DNA of 64,000 nucleotides from a virus: the IMG/VR virus record IMGVR_UViG_3300003886_000002; one strand, written 5' to 3'. The notes under the pieces were generated by a model, which was not told where the DNA came from, ran no database searches, and saw only the letters and a program-made list of their open reading frames with translations. This document shows positions 9,808 to 18,808 of the stretch, one piece after another (position 1 is the stretch's first letter; every line of letters starts with the position of its first letter). The translations under genes and the position numbers were made by a program.

Positions 9808-10602
9808 ATGGCTATCGATGAACAATACGCCTCCCCCGGGTTGAGATGGGGGCTGCTACAGGACGATTATCCTGAGGCAACCAATGAGTACACTCTGATC
9901 ACAGCGGAGGGCATCCCGGGAGGACACCCGTTCGCAGGTCCGGACGATGAGTTCGTTCTATGCACCATCGCTTTCCCTCTCCCATGCCGCAAGGCTCCTG
10001 CCTATGGGTGGAAACCACTGTCAGAGGCACGCAACAGGGATGACGAATCGTACGCTGCCCTGAGGACCAAAGCGCTTGGGCGCGCCCTCAAGGACGCAGG
10101 GTACCCTGACAAGTTGCCGGATCTCAAGGCTTTAACATTTTGGCGGAAGCGTTCTGCTGAGATCGATGCTATGACTCTTGGGCACCCCCTAGAAATCGAC
10201 TCAACCAACGAGGTTGTGGCGGCACTTGATGCTGCGGCTGAGTCAACCCCTGATGCTGTCGGTCACGATGAGCGGGGGGACGTAGTGGACGCAACTGTAT
10301 CGCAGATCCAAGAAATAGTGGATGACCGTGAGAAGCACAGCCAGCAGGAATCTGTGCAAGTCAACAGCGACAGCACAGAGGGCGACAGTCCCGAGTTCGA
10401 TATCGGAGATGGACTAGACGAGAAGCGCGTAGAACTCATGGAGGTGATCGCAGGACTTGATCCAGACACGATAGCCCGCTTGAAAGGGTTCGTGTCCGAC
10501 AACGATCTAGTGGAAGACTTGTCTACGTGGGGGGCAGAGGAACTAGACAACCTTGAAGGTTGGCTGCTGTCCCCTGTGGCAAACTCTGATGACGGCAGGT
10601 AG
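9808..10602 (+). CDS. Hypothetical protein, possibly an ssDNA-annealing/recombination protein with acidic tail
   Basis: 264 aa; AGAAAGGG RBS; TKALGRALKDAG weakly resembles the Rad52/Sak-like motif; context with SSB and HIRAN. Confidence 0.55.
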   Translation: MAIDEQYASPGLRWGLLQDDYPEATNEYTLITAEGIPGGHPFAGPDDEFVLCTIAFPLPCRKAPAYGWKPLSEARNRDDESYAALRTKALGRALKDAGYPDKLPDLKALTFWRKRSAEIDAMTLGHPLEIDSTNEVVAALDAAAESTPDAVGHDERGDVVDATVSQIQEIVDDREKHSQQESVQVNSDSTEGDSPEFDIGDGLDEKRVELMEVIAGLDPDTIARLKGFVSDNDLVEDLSTWGAEELDNLEGWLLSPVANSDDGR

Positions 10603-10610
10603 GAGATCTC

Positions 10611-10976
10611 ATGGTTGACAAGTTCGAATCGAAAGTCGTTGGGGTCTCGTTTGCCCCGGGGTACCCCGACAACATTCACACACTAGAAAAAGTGGCAGGG
10701 CGCGCTTTCATCGAAGGGGGGGAAGGGGTGACTGCTACCTTGATTCGAAACCCCAATAACGAATTCGACGAAAATGCGATTGAGGTTCACGTCTCCGCAC
10801 TAGGGGATGACAGTATGATAGGGCACTTGCCACGCGACTTGTCATCGAAGATAGCGCCGATGATGGATAATGGTCTGGCATGGGACGCAACGATCAAGAA
10901 CGTGTATGTGAACCCTGACCACCCCGAACGCCCAGGTATTTCGATTCTGGTGCAACGAGGGGACACTCTGCTCTGA
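10611..10976 (+). CDS. Stand-alone HIRAN-domain protein
   Basis: VVGVSF...LIRNPNNEFDENAIEV...IGHLPRDLS..IAPMMD is the HIRAN signature; AGGAG RBS. Confidence 0.9.
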   Translation: MVDKFESKVVGVSFAPGYPDNIHTLEKVAGRAFIEGGEGVTATLIRNPNNEFDENAIEVHVSALGDDSMIGHLPRDLSSKIAPMMDNGLAWDATIKNVYVNPDHPERPGISILVQRGDTLL

Positions 10977-11046
10977 AGGCGAAGGAAGACACGAATAGCG
11001 CTGCGATGGCGTAGAGATGCACGAATAACGTGCAGGGAGCACTGCG

Positions 11047-11295
11047 ATGGCGAAGAAAAACACGAATAGGGTATGCATCGCAGTCTTGAAGGGTGGACCA
11101 CGTGACGCAGATAAATGTAGGGTTGTTTATCCACCTCCCCCCTATTTCCGTCTTGCGTTCCCTGAATGGTCAACCTACGTGCTGGAAGAGAAAACATCAG
11201 AAGCAGACGCCCATAGACTCGCTACATTCCTGTTTAGGTACACGGGACCGGAGCCCCCTTCGGAAGATCTGGTCAACCAAGTCAAAGGGTTCTGA
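11047..11295 (+). CDS. Hypothetical protein
   Basis: 82 aa, GGGAG RBS, co-oriented with neighbours. Confidence 0.6.
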   Translation: MAKKNTNRVCIAVLKGGPRDADKCRVVYPPPPYFRLAFPEWSTYVLEEKTSEADAHRLATFLFRYTGPEPPSEDLVNQVKGF

Positions 11296-11407
11296 CCGTC
11301 TGCTACGACCATCCGTGTATAAGGAACGACATGCGTCATGCCTATGTGGTAAGCATGTTAGCCACAACTTGTGTTGCGTAAGCAGCCTATAAGGAGAATC
11401 AACATCT

Positions 11408-11905
11408 ATGTCCTCACATGAGAATACGACAACGCTGACAGGGAACATCACCCGCGACCCAGAGATACTCTTCACCAATAGTGGCGCGGCTGTGTGTACC
11501 TTCGGTTTGGCAGTCAACCGTAGTTGGCGCAACAAAAAGACTAACGAATGGGAGGAGGCGACATCGTTCTTTGATGTGAAGGTCTGGAAGGATGTCGCCG
11601 AGAACGTAGCGAACTGTCTCCAAAAGGGGGACAGGGTCACACTTGTCGGGCGTATAGATCAAGAGACGTGGGAGGACAAGGACACAGGAGCTAACCGATC
11701 CAAGATCGTGCTCGTGGCAGATGAGGTTGCGGTATCGCTACGGTGGGCCACTGTGCAGATAGTGAAGAATCCGCGTGCGGGGGAAGGCAAGGGGCAGGGG
11801 GGGTTTGGGGACTCCAAAACTCAGGGTTCAGGCTCTCAGGGCTGGACACAAAAGGGTGGAAGCGGATTCGGCCAAGGCCAAGCATCTGACGGAGACCCGT
11901 TCTGA
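11408..11905 (+). CDS. ssb: Single-stranded DNA-binding protein
   Basis: GNITRDPE..FTNSGAAVCTFGLAVN...AENVANCLQKGDRV; Gly-rich tail ending DPF. Confidence 0.97.
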   Translation: MSSHENTTTLTGNITRDPEILFTNSGAAVCTFGLAVNRSWRNKKTNEWEEATSFFDVKVWKDVAENVANCLQKGDRVTLVGRIDQETWEDKDTGANRSKIVLVADEVAVSLRWATVQIVKNPRAGEGKGQGGFGDSKTQGSGSQGWTQKGGSGFGQGQASDGDPF

Positions 11906-11925
11906 TCGTCTGAGGAGATGGTACG

Positions 11926-12351
11926 TTGAAAAGAAGTTCCCCTATCCGTAGGGATACGGAGAAGTCCCGTGAATGGGCACGTAAGCGCACCCCGCTTCGT
12001 TCACGATCCGGGAAACGCAAGAAGTTCATGGCGGAGGTCCGTGTCCCCGCGATACGTAAACTTGTAGAAGCGGGATGTGGATGTGAGATTGGTCCGGTAC
12101 TGGCCAACGCAGGGATGTATGAAGCCTTGCATTGCCGGGGGGTGATCGAGGGTTTGCACGAACGCAGGAAACGATCTGCGGGGGGGTCGCTAATCAACGA
12201 AGCGAACTTGGTCCCATCCTGCAACTGGTGCAATGGGTTGATAGAGTCTGAACCAAACATGATACGTAGACTGACAGGGTCAATGTTTATCGTCTCAGAG
12301 GGGGATGACGAGTGGGACAACCTAGGGAAACGGAACGATGATTCCCTGTGA
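11926..12351 (+). CDS. HNH-like nuclease
   Basis: CE...C...LHERRKRSAGGS....NLVPSCNWCN. Confidence 0.7.
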   Translation: MKRSSPIRRDTEKSREWARKRTPLRSRSGKRKKFMAEVRVPAIRKLVEAGCGCEIGPVLANAGMYEALHCRGVIEGLHERRKRSAGGSLINEANLVPSCNWCNGLIESEPNMIRRLTGSMFIVSEGDDEWDNLGKRNDDSL

Positions 12352-12381
12352 GCCCCTTCGGGCTGCAAGGAGGGAACTGAT

Positions 12382-12708
12382 ATGAGTAGCACATTCGCCA
12401 TACAGGAAATAGCGATTGAACGTAAACGCATGTCCCAGGTTTCGGAATGGGATGATGAATGGGAAGACCAACAGAGGGTGCAGCAGTTGCTGCATGCTGC
12501 GTCTTGCTACCTGCGGGAACCACGCAACCGCCCGTCTATCCGATATAAGCCACCTGTGGATTGGCCATTCCGCAAAGACGTATGGGACCCACTAGTCTCC
12601 GCTACCCGCCCTGACACGGATGCACGGATAGTTGAGCTGGTGCGTGCCGCCGCGTTTATCTCTGCGGAGGTAGACCGCCTGAACCGCATCAGGAACTCGT
12701 CGCAATAG
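12382..12708 (+). CDS. Conserved phage hypothetical protein
   Basis: ERKR...AASCY...WPF...LVRAAAFISAEVDRL pattern; GGAGGG RBS. Confidence 0.7.
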   Translation: MSSTFAIQEIAIERKRMSQVSEWDDEWEDQQRVQQLLHAASCYLREPRNRPSIRYKPPVDWPFRKDVWDPLVSATRPDTDARIVELVRAAAFISAEVDRLNRIRNSSQ

Positions 12709-12732
12709 CGGCTACCAGGTATGGTGTCAGGC

Positions 12733-12885
12733 ATGGCTGACAGTGATGAAACTAAGTCGAAGCAGCGTTGCCCCGACTGCAAAGGAACGGGGCTTGTTGA
12801 CACAGAGATAGGAACTACTTGTTGTGACTGTCCCGTTGGTCGTATCAGGAAAGCAGCAGAGAGTGGCTTGGACTTCATGGACTGA
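12733..12885 (+). CDS. Small Zn-finger protein
   Basis: Hand translation MADSDETKSKQRCPDCKGTG...CCDCPVG; below the ORF-track size cut-off. Confidence 0.55.
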   Translation: MADSDETKSKQRCPDCKGTGLVDTEIGTTCCDCPVGRIRKAAESGLDFMD

Positions 12886-12897
12886 TGGGGTGCCCCT

Positions 12898-13734
12898 ATG
12901 AATGGGAAACTTCCTAAGTCGTTGTCTCCATCGTCTATCGACCTGTATCAACAATGTCCTCGGCGATTCTACTTTGAGAAAGTTGTCGGAGAGTATTCTC
13001 CGTCAGGCCCTGAGGCGCTCCTGGGGACTTTCGTGCACGCCATATTAGAAGAGCTGATGGGCAACCCCCCTGAGAAGCGGACACTTGATGTCGCTAGGGA
13101 ATGTGCCCGAAGGGTTTGGCCTAAGACTGAGAACCATGGGGATTTCAAACGGCTCACACTCGATGCTGAATCCATCAGGGTGTTCAAATGGGATGCATGG
13201 CGTTCAATAGAAACATATTTCACGATGGAAGACCTTGGTAAGGTTGAAGTAGTTGCGACAGAGCGGCGTGTTAAAGCCGAAGTTGCGGGCATCCCTATGT
13301 CAGGGATCGTTGACCGTCTTGACCTTGAAGGCGATGATCTGATCGTCGCAGATTACAAGAACGGGAAGGTTCCTGTCCCTAAGTATCGTGGCTCTAAATG
13401 GAGGCAACTGAATTACTACGCGAATCTCATTGAGGTTACTGAACATCAGCGCCCGTTAGAGGGCCGCCTCATTTTCACTGCTCACGGCCAAATCTTGACG
13501 ACCAAGTTCACAGACGAGTCAATGGAAGAGGCACGTACGGTCCTAACGGATACGTGGAACGGGATGCATGCCGACTTTGATCTTGATGAGTGGGAGCCTA
13601 AGCCTCAACCTCTTTGCGGTTGGTGTGATGGGATAGGCCAATGTCCTGAGGGGTTAGCGAACACAAGAATGACCTACAAGAAAGGGCGACTTAAGAAGAC
13701 TGCTCCCGCATATGAGGTTGTAGCAAACCTTTAG
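12898..13734 (+). CDS. RecB-family/Cas4-like PD-(D/E)XK exonuclease
   Basis: LSPSSIDLYQQCPRRF, GTFVH, GIVDRLD, DYKNG, QLNYY, CGWC...C. Confidence 0.92.
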   Translation: MNGKLPKSLSPSSIDLYQQCPRRFYFEKVVGEYSPSGPEALLGTFVHAILEELMGNPPEKRTLDVARECARRVWPKTENHGDFKRLTLDAESIRVFKWDAWRSIETYFTMEDLGKVEVVATERRVKAEVAGIPMSGIVDRLDLEGDDLIVADYKNGKVPVPKYRGSKWRQLNYYANLIEVTEHQRPLEGRLIFTAHGQILTTKFTDESMEEARTVLTDTWNGMHADFDLDEWEPKPQPLCGWCDGIGQCPEGLANTRMTYKKGRLKKTAPAYEVVANL

Positions 13735-14399
13735 GCTGTGTTGCGGGTGGCGTCGTAGGCTTCACGGACAGCTATCTGACGGTCGAATAAGTTCTCGAAA
13801 TCTCCTCCGCCGTCGGTGTATGCATGCAGGTATGCATCTATGGATGTGACGACTTTGTAGAACTCTGCCCAATCTTCGACACGCCGCCCGGGGTGGCTTG
13901 CGTTCCATGGTTGTGTGAACAGTACAGGCATGGTTTCTGCCCCCATATCTAAAAGGTTATAATTGTCTGGGGAGTCATCGAGGAATAGATCTGTAGGGAG
14001 TATCCCTTTGTCGGGGGAAATGACTGCCCCCTCTAGTGGGATGCTGTAATGGGCCAGCCACTTCAATGTCGCACAGCATACTTGTTTTTCTGCCCCTTTC
14101 ACTGAGCGTGATGTGACTGCAATGAGATGGTGTCCTTGGTCAGAGAGCCTATTGATTACATCAAGGGACCCGGGGACAGGTTCACCTTCGATGAACATGA
14201 ATCCTGCATTGATTGAGTCCCTGAGTTCTTTAGCAAATTCGGTGGAGGTCAAACCCCAGTCTTCGTAGAATTCCCATTTTACCGCCGGTGGGCATTGTTC
14301 TGTTCCCAAACAGCCCTGCTCGTCAACCATCCATTTGCGTAACGTAGCAACGAATGGGTACAGCACACCGTCGAGGTCTAAACCTATTTGTAGAGTCAT
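13731..14399 (-). CDS. 5'(3')-deoxyribonucleotidase (HAD, NT5C-like)
   Basis: DLDGVL, VTSR, K, LDDSP, QPWN motifs. Confidence 0.88.
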   Translation of the reverse strand: MTLQIGLDLDGVLYPFVATLRKWMVDEQGCLGTEQCPPAVKWEFYEDWGLTSTEFAKELRDSINAGFMFIEGEPVPGSLDVINRLSDQGHHLIAVTSRSVKGAEKQVCCATLKWLAHYSIPLEGAVISPDKGILPTDLFLDDSPDNYNLLDMGAETMPVLFTQPWNASHPGRRVEDWAEFYKVVTSIDAYLHAYTDGGGDFENLFDRQIAVREAYDATRNTA

Positions 14400-14512
14400 G
14401 CACCTAACCTATATCTAGAGTGCCCTTAGGATGCAACAATCTTGTAGGCTGGCGCCAGTAAAGGTAGCGGCCGCGGTGCGCCGACCGATAATCCATATGC
14501 AACACAACAGGA

Positions 14513-14842
14513 GTGTCCATGCAGAATCAGACAGAACCCATCGTGGGGAGTTCCCCTGACGGGGCGGCACTGAACGATCCAGATGAACTATGTGATGCTG
14601 CGCGTGTGCTGCGTGATGTGTCTGCCGGGTCCGCATCTGTACATGATTCCGATGTGTGGACTCAAGAGTTCTGGGAGGATCTCAGCGTTGCGGAGACTCA
14701 TGCCCAGGATGCCCTGGATGCCCTGTGGGAAGCGTCGTCTAGCGGTTCTGCATGTGCGTGTGGGGTTTGCATCACCCGTCTCGTCCTTGAGGTAGTGATG
14801 CCTGTGATCACGGGACACGTGGAGTCCGTCACAGGAAGCTAG
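14513..14842 (+). CDS. Hypothetical protein with CACGVC motif
   Basis: 109-aa ORF with AGGAG near the start. Confidence 0.55.
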   Translation: MSMQNQTEPIVGSSPDGAALNDPDELCDAARVLRDVSAGSASVHDSDVWTQEFWEDLSVAETHAQDALDALWEASSSGSACACGVCITRLVLEVVMPVITGHVESVTGS

Positions 14843-14897
14843 TGTCACCTCGACCTGTTAGTATCGCATTCAATCTGATTCTTGTAGAGGCAGGGCA

Positions 14898-16295
14898 ATG
14901 ACGGATTTCGTTCCACCGAGTGATATCGACGCTGAGAACTCGGTGCTCGGGGCTATGTTGCTGAGCAGCGACGCTATAGAACGCGTCCAACGGATTTTAA
15001 CCCCGGCAGATTTCTACGTCCCAAGTAATATCTGTATCTACGATGCGATTCTGCTGCTGTGGAATGATGGCAAAAAGGTGGATGCGGTAACGGTCGCAGA
15101 TGTGCTCAGATCAGATGGGACTTTGGACCGTATAGGTGGCTCAGCCGCATTGGTGTCACTGATGGCGTCTACCCCTGCTATCTCATCTGCTGGTCGTTAC
15201 GCTGAGATCATTGCGAATAAGTCAATGTACCGGCAGGCGATTCGTGTAGCGGGGGACATTCGTCAAACTGCTGTGAGCCAGTCTATGGACCCTTCTGCTT
15301 TGATCGACGAGGCTGTCAGGCAGTTGAAGGCTGCTCAGGTGAGTTTGGGGGACATGCCTTCTTCTGTATGGCGTATAGATGACTTCATAGATCAGCCTCC
15401 TGAGGATACCCCTGGGTGGATCATCAAGGATGTGATCCGGAAGGGGTGGCGGGTCATGTTGGTGGCGTCGGAGGGATCAGGGAAAACTGTTCTGTTTCGC
15501 CAAATTGCGATATGTACTGCGCAGGGGATACACCCGTTTCTGCATACCCCTATGCCCCCTAGACGCACGTTGATTGTTGACTGTGAGAATCCGCAGGATT
15601 CAATTGTGGATGTTTGCCATCCCATTAGGCAAGAGGCTATGCGCCGAGTGGGGGATGACTATGACGCCGATAGGGCGTGGCTGTGGTGGCAGCCGCAGGG
15701 GATCAACTTGCGGAACAGGTCAGATCGGATACGTTTGGAGACTGTGATCCAAAATGTGAACCCTGATTTGGTTGCTATCGGTCCTGTGTACAAGGTGTAC
15801 CAGGTTGCCGCCCACGAGAACGACGAGCTTGCCGCGAGGGAAGTGATGTCCACTCTCGACGATTTGAGGACACGTTACGGCTTTGGGCTGATGCTTGAGC
15901 ATCATGCCCCGAAGGGGACCGGGGGGAAGCGTGACATGATGCCTTACGGCACGTCGCTGTGGTTGCGGTGGCCAGAGTTGGGGATATCTATGGAACCTGT
16001 TGACGGCCCCGGGGGGGATATGACCCATATGAAGGTTGGGCGCTGGAGGGGTGACCGTCTGAGGAACGATTGGCCTATTGAACTTCACCATAGTGACATT
16101 TGGCCGTGGGAGGGGATTTATGAGACGGGAACCCATATGTCTACCCCATCACGAGCTACCCCCCAGGATTTCTCTGACCCTGCTGCATCTGAGCATGATT
16201 CTGCATCAACTGATGAGCAGATAAGGTTGCTTCAGAGCACAGTGGAGGATAACGGGGTGGTGCGGGGGTACGGTCCGCGGGATGAACCGTTCTAA
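14898..16295 (+). CDS. Replicative helicase: DnaB N-terminal domain plus RecA/AAA_25-type ATPase
   Basis: PPSDIDAENSVLGAML...DFY...VDAVTV (DnaB-N); Walker A ASEGSGKT; VDCEN; EHHAPK. Confidence 0.88.
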   Translation: MTDFVPPSDIDAENSVLGAMLLSSDAIERVQRILTPADFYVPSNICIYDAILLLWNDGKKVDAVTVADVLRSDGTLDRIGGSAALVSLMASTPAISSAGRYAEIIANKSMYRQAIRVAGDIRQTAVSQSMDPSALIDEAVRQLKAAQVSLGDMPSSVWRIDDFIDQPPEDTPGWIIKDVIRKGWRVMLVASEGSGKTVLFRQIAICTAQGIHPFLHTPMPPRRTLIVDCENPQDSIVDVCHPIRQEAMRRVGDDYDADRAWLWWQPQGINLRNRSDRIRLETVIQNVNPDLVAIGPVYKVYQVAAHENDELAAREVMSTLDDLRTRYGFGLMLEHHAPKGTGGKRDMMPYGTSLWLRWPELGISMEPVDGPGGDMTHMKVGRWRGDRLRNDWPIELHHSDIWPWEGIYETGTHMSTPSRATPQDFSDPAASEHDSASTDEQIRLLQSTVEDNGVVRGYGPRDEPF

Positions 16296-16316
16296 CACTT
16301 TAGGAGGTATTGGCTT

Positions 16317-16676
16317 ATGTCGTTCGACACGTTACATGGCGATTTGTTCAAGGTTCTGCTGTCGCGGTGGCAGGAGATCTGTGACGCACAGCAAGTTGAG
16401 GTGGAGTTCGTGTGCCGTCAAGCTGCCACAGAGATGAGTGCTGTTGTGATGCAACACTTCAATGAGACCCTGATGCGGCACATGGGGGATTTACGGCACC
16501 GTGACGAGGGGGTGGCGTATGAGAAGGCTGCTCGTTGGCGTGCAGAGCGGCGCTGCGCGGAAGCGTATTCGATCATTAGGGCTGCTGGGCGAACTCCGCC
16601 ACATCGTTGGGGGGAGTGGGAGCAGTCGGCAAGGGAGTGGCTGTCTACCCAGGAGTCGTCAGGTGTCTCGGGGTGA
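16317..16676 (+). CDS. Hypothetical protein
   Basis: 119 aa, AGGAGG RBS. Confidence 0.65.
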   Translation: MSFDTLHGDLFKVLLSRWQEICDAQQVEVEFVCRQAATEMSAVVMQHFNETLMRHMGDLRHRDEGVAYEKAARWRAERRCAEAYSIIRAAGRTPPHRWGEWEQSAREWLSTQESSGVSG

Positions 16677-16856
16677 TGTAGGTTCTTGCGGTTCTGCCGC
16701 GCACAGGTACGGGGGGGACACGACACGTGGGGTTGAGTCCTGTTGACATGTTTTCCACGGGCAGTTTCCGTCTCTGCGTTCACACACCACGGTGCGCCAT
16801 ACGTGTCCTTCACGGAACTCTAGTGCTATTTCGGCACCGCATATTGAGTCGGTCAC
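16659..16856 (-). CDS. Hypothetical Cys-rich protein
   Basis: 65 aa, coupled to the upstream ORF by a GTGA overlap. Confidence 0.45.
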   Translation of the reverse strand: MTDSICGAEIALEFREGHVWRTVVCERRDGNCPWKTCQQDSTPRVVSPPYLCAAEPQEPTSPRDT

Positions 16857-17077
16857 TGCTTGAGTCCTCCGACGAACGCGAGGTCTTGTTCCACGAGTTC
16901 CCGTATCCTGTCTATGGCTTTTGGGTCATCCTGGCTTTGCGTGACGCTTTCCTCTACTAGGTTGCGGCACAAACCTGTGACGGTGTTGCCTTCGATCCGG
17001 GACAGGAGTTCAAGGAACCGATACGTTTCGGTGTCGATGCGAAAGTTGACTTGCTTGGTCTTTGTAGTATCCATCAT
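16853..17077 (-). CDS. Ribbon-helix-helix-like DNA-binding protein
   Basis: KQVNFRIDTETYRFLELLSRIEGNTVTGLCRNLVEE; preceded by a class II promoter (GTGTCACCCCC...TAGGTT). Confidence 0.6.
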   Translation of the reverse strand: MMDTTKTKQVNFRIDTETYRFLELLSRIEGNTVTGLCRNLVEESVTQSQDDPKAIDRIRELVEQDLAFVGGLKQ

Positions 17078-17222
17078 GTTGCTAGAACCTACCATATGGG
17101 GGTGACACTCATCTTTTGGGTTGTGTGTTGCGGGGACGGAGATGCCTAAAGGCATCTAACAGTGCAGCAGGGAAGATCCTACACACATGTGGGGGGCTGC
17201 GCCAGGTGGGGCCGGGGTTCGG

Positions 17223-17546
17223 TTATTCCCACACCAGTTCCATGTGTTCGTAGGGGTCGTCGGGGTTAACCCCGTGTGCCGTGAATGTCATTCGAACATT
17301 CGTTTCTATGGCAGACGCTTCCGGTGCGTTGACTGTGCCACCTATGAGTCTTGTGATTGTTTCGTGGTGGGCTTCCAGGAGGTGGTGTGTCGTGTATGCC
17401 GCTATGAGAGGGTGGACGATGACCGTCTGGTTGGATGATAGGAAGTTTTCGATTTCCCAGGAACATCCTCTTTGCTGGCACGCGATGGTTACTGCGGCGG
17501 TGTCTCCCATCAGCAGCTGTGGCGATAGGCCCCCTGTCGATTTCAT
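17223..17546 (-). CDS. Hypothetical protein
   Basis: 107 aa, AGAGG RBS. Confidence 0.55.
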   Translation of the reverse strand: MKSTGGLSPQLLMGDTAAVTIACQQRGCSWEIENFLSSNQTVIVHPLIAAYTTHHLLEAHHETITRLIGGTVNAPEASAIETNVRMTFTAHGVNPDDPYEHMELVWE

Positions 17547-17610
17547 GGTCGAACCTCTTTTGGGTTTGGGTTGTAATGCAACTTCACTTTGCAGCCATTA
17601 CCATTGGGGT

Positions 17611-17823
17611 ATGGACTGTGTTTGCAGTGTAGTTGGACTTAAGGAGATTGCTGAGTTGCTTGGGGTGGCGGCACGTACCCCTCATACTTGGGCGCATCGC
17701 GGGGTCCTCCCTCCACCTGACCATAGCAGCATTAATGGATATCGTGCATGGGATCGCGCTACGATCATTGCTTGGGCAGCGGAAACTGACCGTTTACCTG
17801 ACTGTTTGCGCAAAGAGTTGTGA
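17611..17823 (+). CDS. AlpA/excisionase-like HTH protein
   Basis: VGLKEIAELLGV...W..RGVLPPPD....G..AWDRATIIAWA. Confidence 0.8.
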   Translation: MDCVCSVVGLKEIAELLGVAARTPHTWAHRGVLPPPDHSSINGYRAWDRATIIAWAAETDRLPDCLRKEL

Positions 17824-17870
17824 CCTAACATGTTTCCGTGTCCTGTAGGGTCAAATAGTTTCGTTGGGTA

Positions 17871-18290
17871 GTGGAAGGGAGTGTTGTGGATACACGTTTG
17901 GCTGTAGGGGCTTTAGAGTTGGTGGTGTTGATTGCTGCCAGCTACAGGGTTACGCGTTTCTTGGTTGAGGATTCACTGTTCGGGTTCGGTCCTTCGTCTG
18001 AGTCGCGTATGAGTGTGCGGGTGGATCGTTTCGCATATTTCGATGCTACCGACAGTGAGGTGTTGTCTGGGGATCGTCTAGACGGGGAGGGTCGCACTTG
18101 GGTCCGTGAGAAGATTGGCGATTTGCTGACATGCGTTTTCTGTCTAGGGTTTTGGGTGAGTGCCGCAGTGTATATGGCGTTTATTCTGGCTACAGGTTCC
18201 TGGGGGGCTGCTGATCCTGTGGTGCACGGCATCTCTGTGTTTGCTGTGGCGGGTGGTCAAGCGTTTCTGAATTCTCGTCTCAATGCCTAA
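17871..18290 (+). CDS. DUF1360-like membrane protein
   Basis: YRVTRFLVED...GDLLTCVFCLGFWVS. Confidence 0.8.
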   Translation: MEGSVVDTRLAVGALELVVLIAASYRVTRFLVEDSLFGFGPSSESRMSVRVDRFAYFDATDSEVLSGDRLDGEGRTWVREKIGDLLTCVFCLGFWVSAAVYMAFILATGSWGAADPVVHGISVFAVAGGQAFLNSRLNA

Positions 18291-18657
18291 ACGGTTGTCT
18301 GCGCAGGAGCGGGCCTACCGTTCTGTGTCTGAGAAGGACTTTCAGGGGCAGATCATTGACCTTGCTGTAATGTATGGTTGGGCGTGGTGCCATTTACAGG
18401 ATTCGCGTAAGATGGTGCGTAGAGGGGATACAACGTTTCTGGTTGGGGATGTGGGGGCGAAGGGGTGGCCTGATCTTGTTCTCGTTAGGGCACCGGAGGT
18501 CCTGTTTTGGGAGGTGAAGAAAGAGTTGGGGAAGACTACACCGGAGCAGGATGAGTGGCTGTTGCGGCTTTCAGAATGTGGTTTAGAGGCGCGGGTTGTG
18601 CGCCCTAGTGACTTTGACGATTATGTGTCTGTGCGTTTGAAGCGTCGAAAGTTTTGA
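18283..18657 (+). CDS. VRR-NUC domain nuclease
   Basis: SEKDFQ..IIDLA, GWPDLVL, FWEVK..GK.TPEQ.EW, VVRPSD. Confidence 0.9.
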   Translation: MPKRLSAQERAYRSVSEKDFQGQIIDLAVMYGWAWCHLQDSRKMVRRGDTTFLVGDVGAKGWPDLVLVRAPEVLFWEVKKELGKTTPEQDEWLLRLSECGLEARVVRPSDFDDYVSVRLKRRKF

Positions 18658-18808
18658 TGTTGGGAACCAGTTTTTGTGTCATGAATGCGCGTATCCCTTG
18701 GGCGAGCAGGTATGGGATTGTTTCTTGTGGGATGGTTACGGGTGTTTCGTTGTCGATGGCGAATGTGTAGTCACCGTTTGCGTCGGGTCCCTCTGTTTGG
18801 ATGTTCAT
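18605..18808 (-). CDS. Hypothetical protein
   Basis: 67 aa, ATGA-coupled to the methyltransferase. Confidence 0.5.
   Translation of the reverse strand: MNIQTEGPDANGDYTFAIDNETPVTIPQETIPYLLAQGIRAFMTQKLVPNIKTFDASNAQTHNRQSH

Noticed and set aside
12898-13734. Cas4 of a CRISPR-Cas locus
   Set aside because: No cas1/cas2 or array; stand-alone Cas4/RecB-like nucleases are common in phage replication regions.
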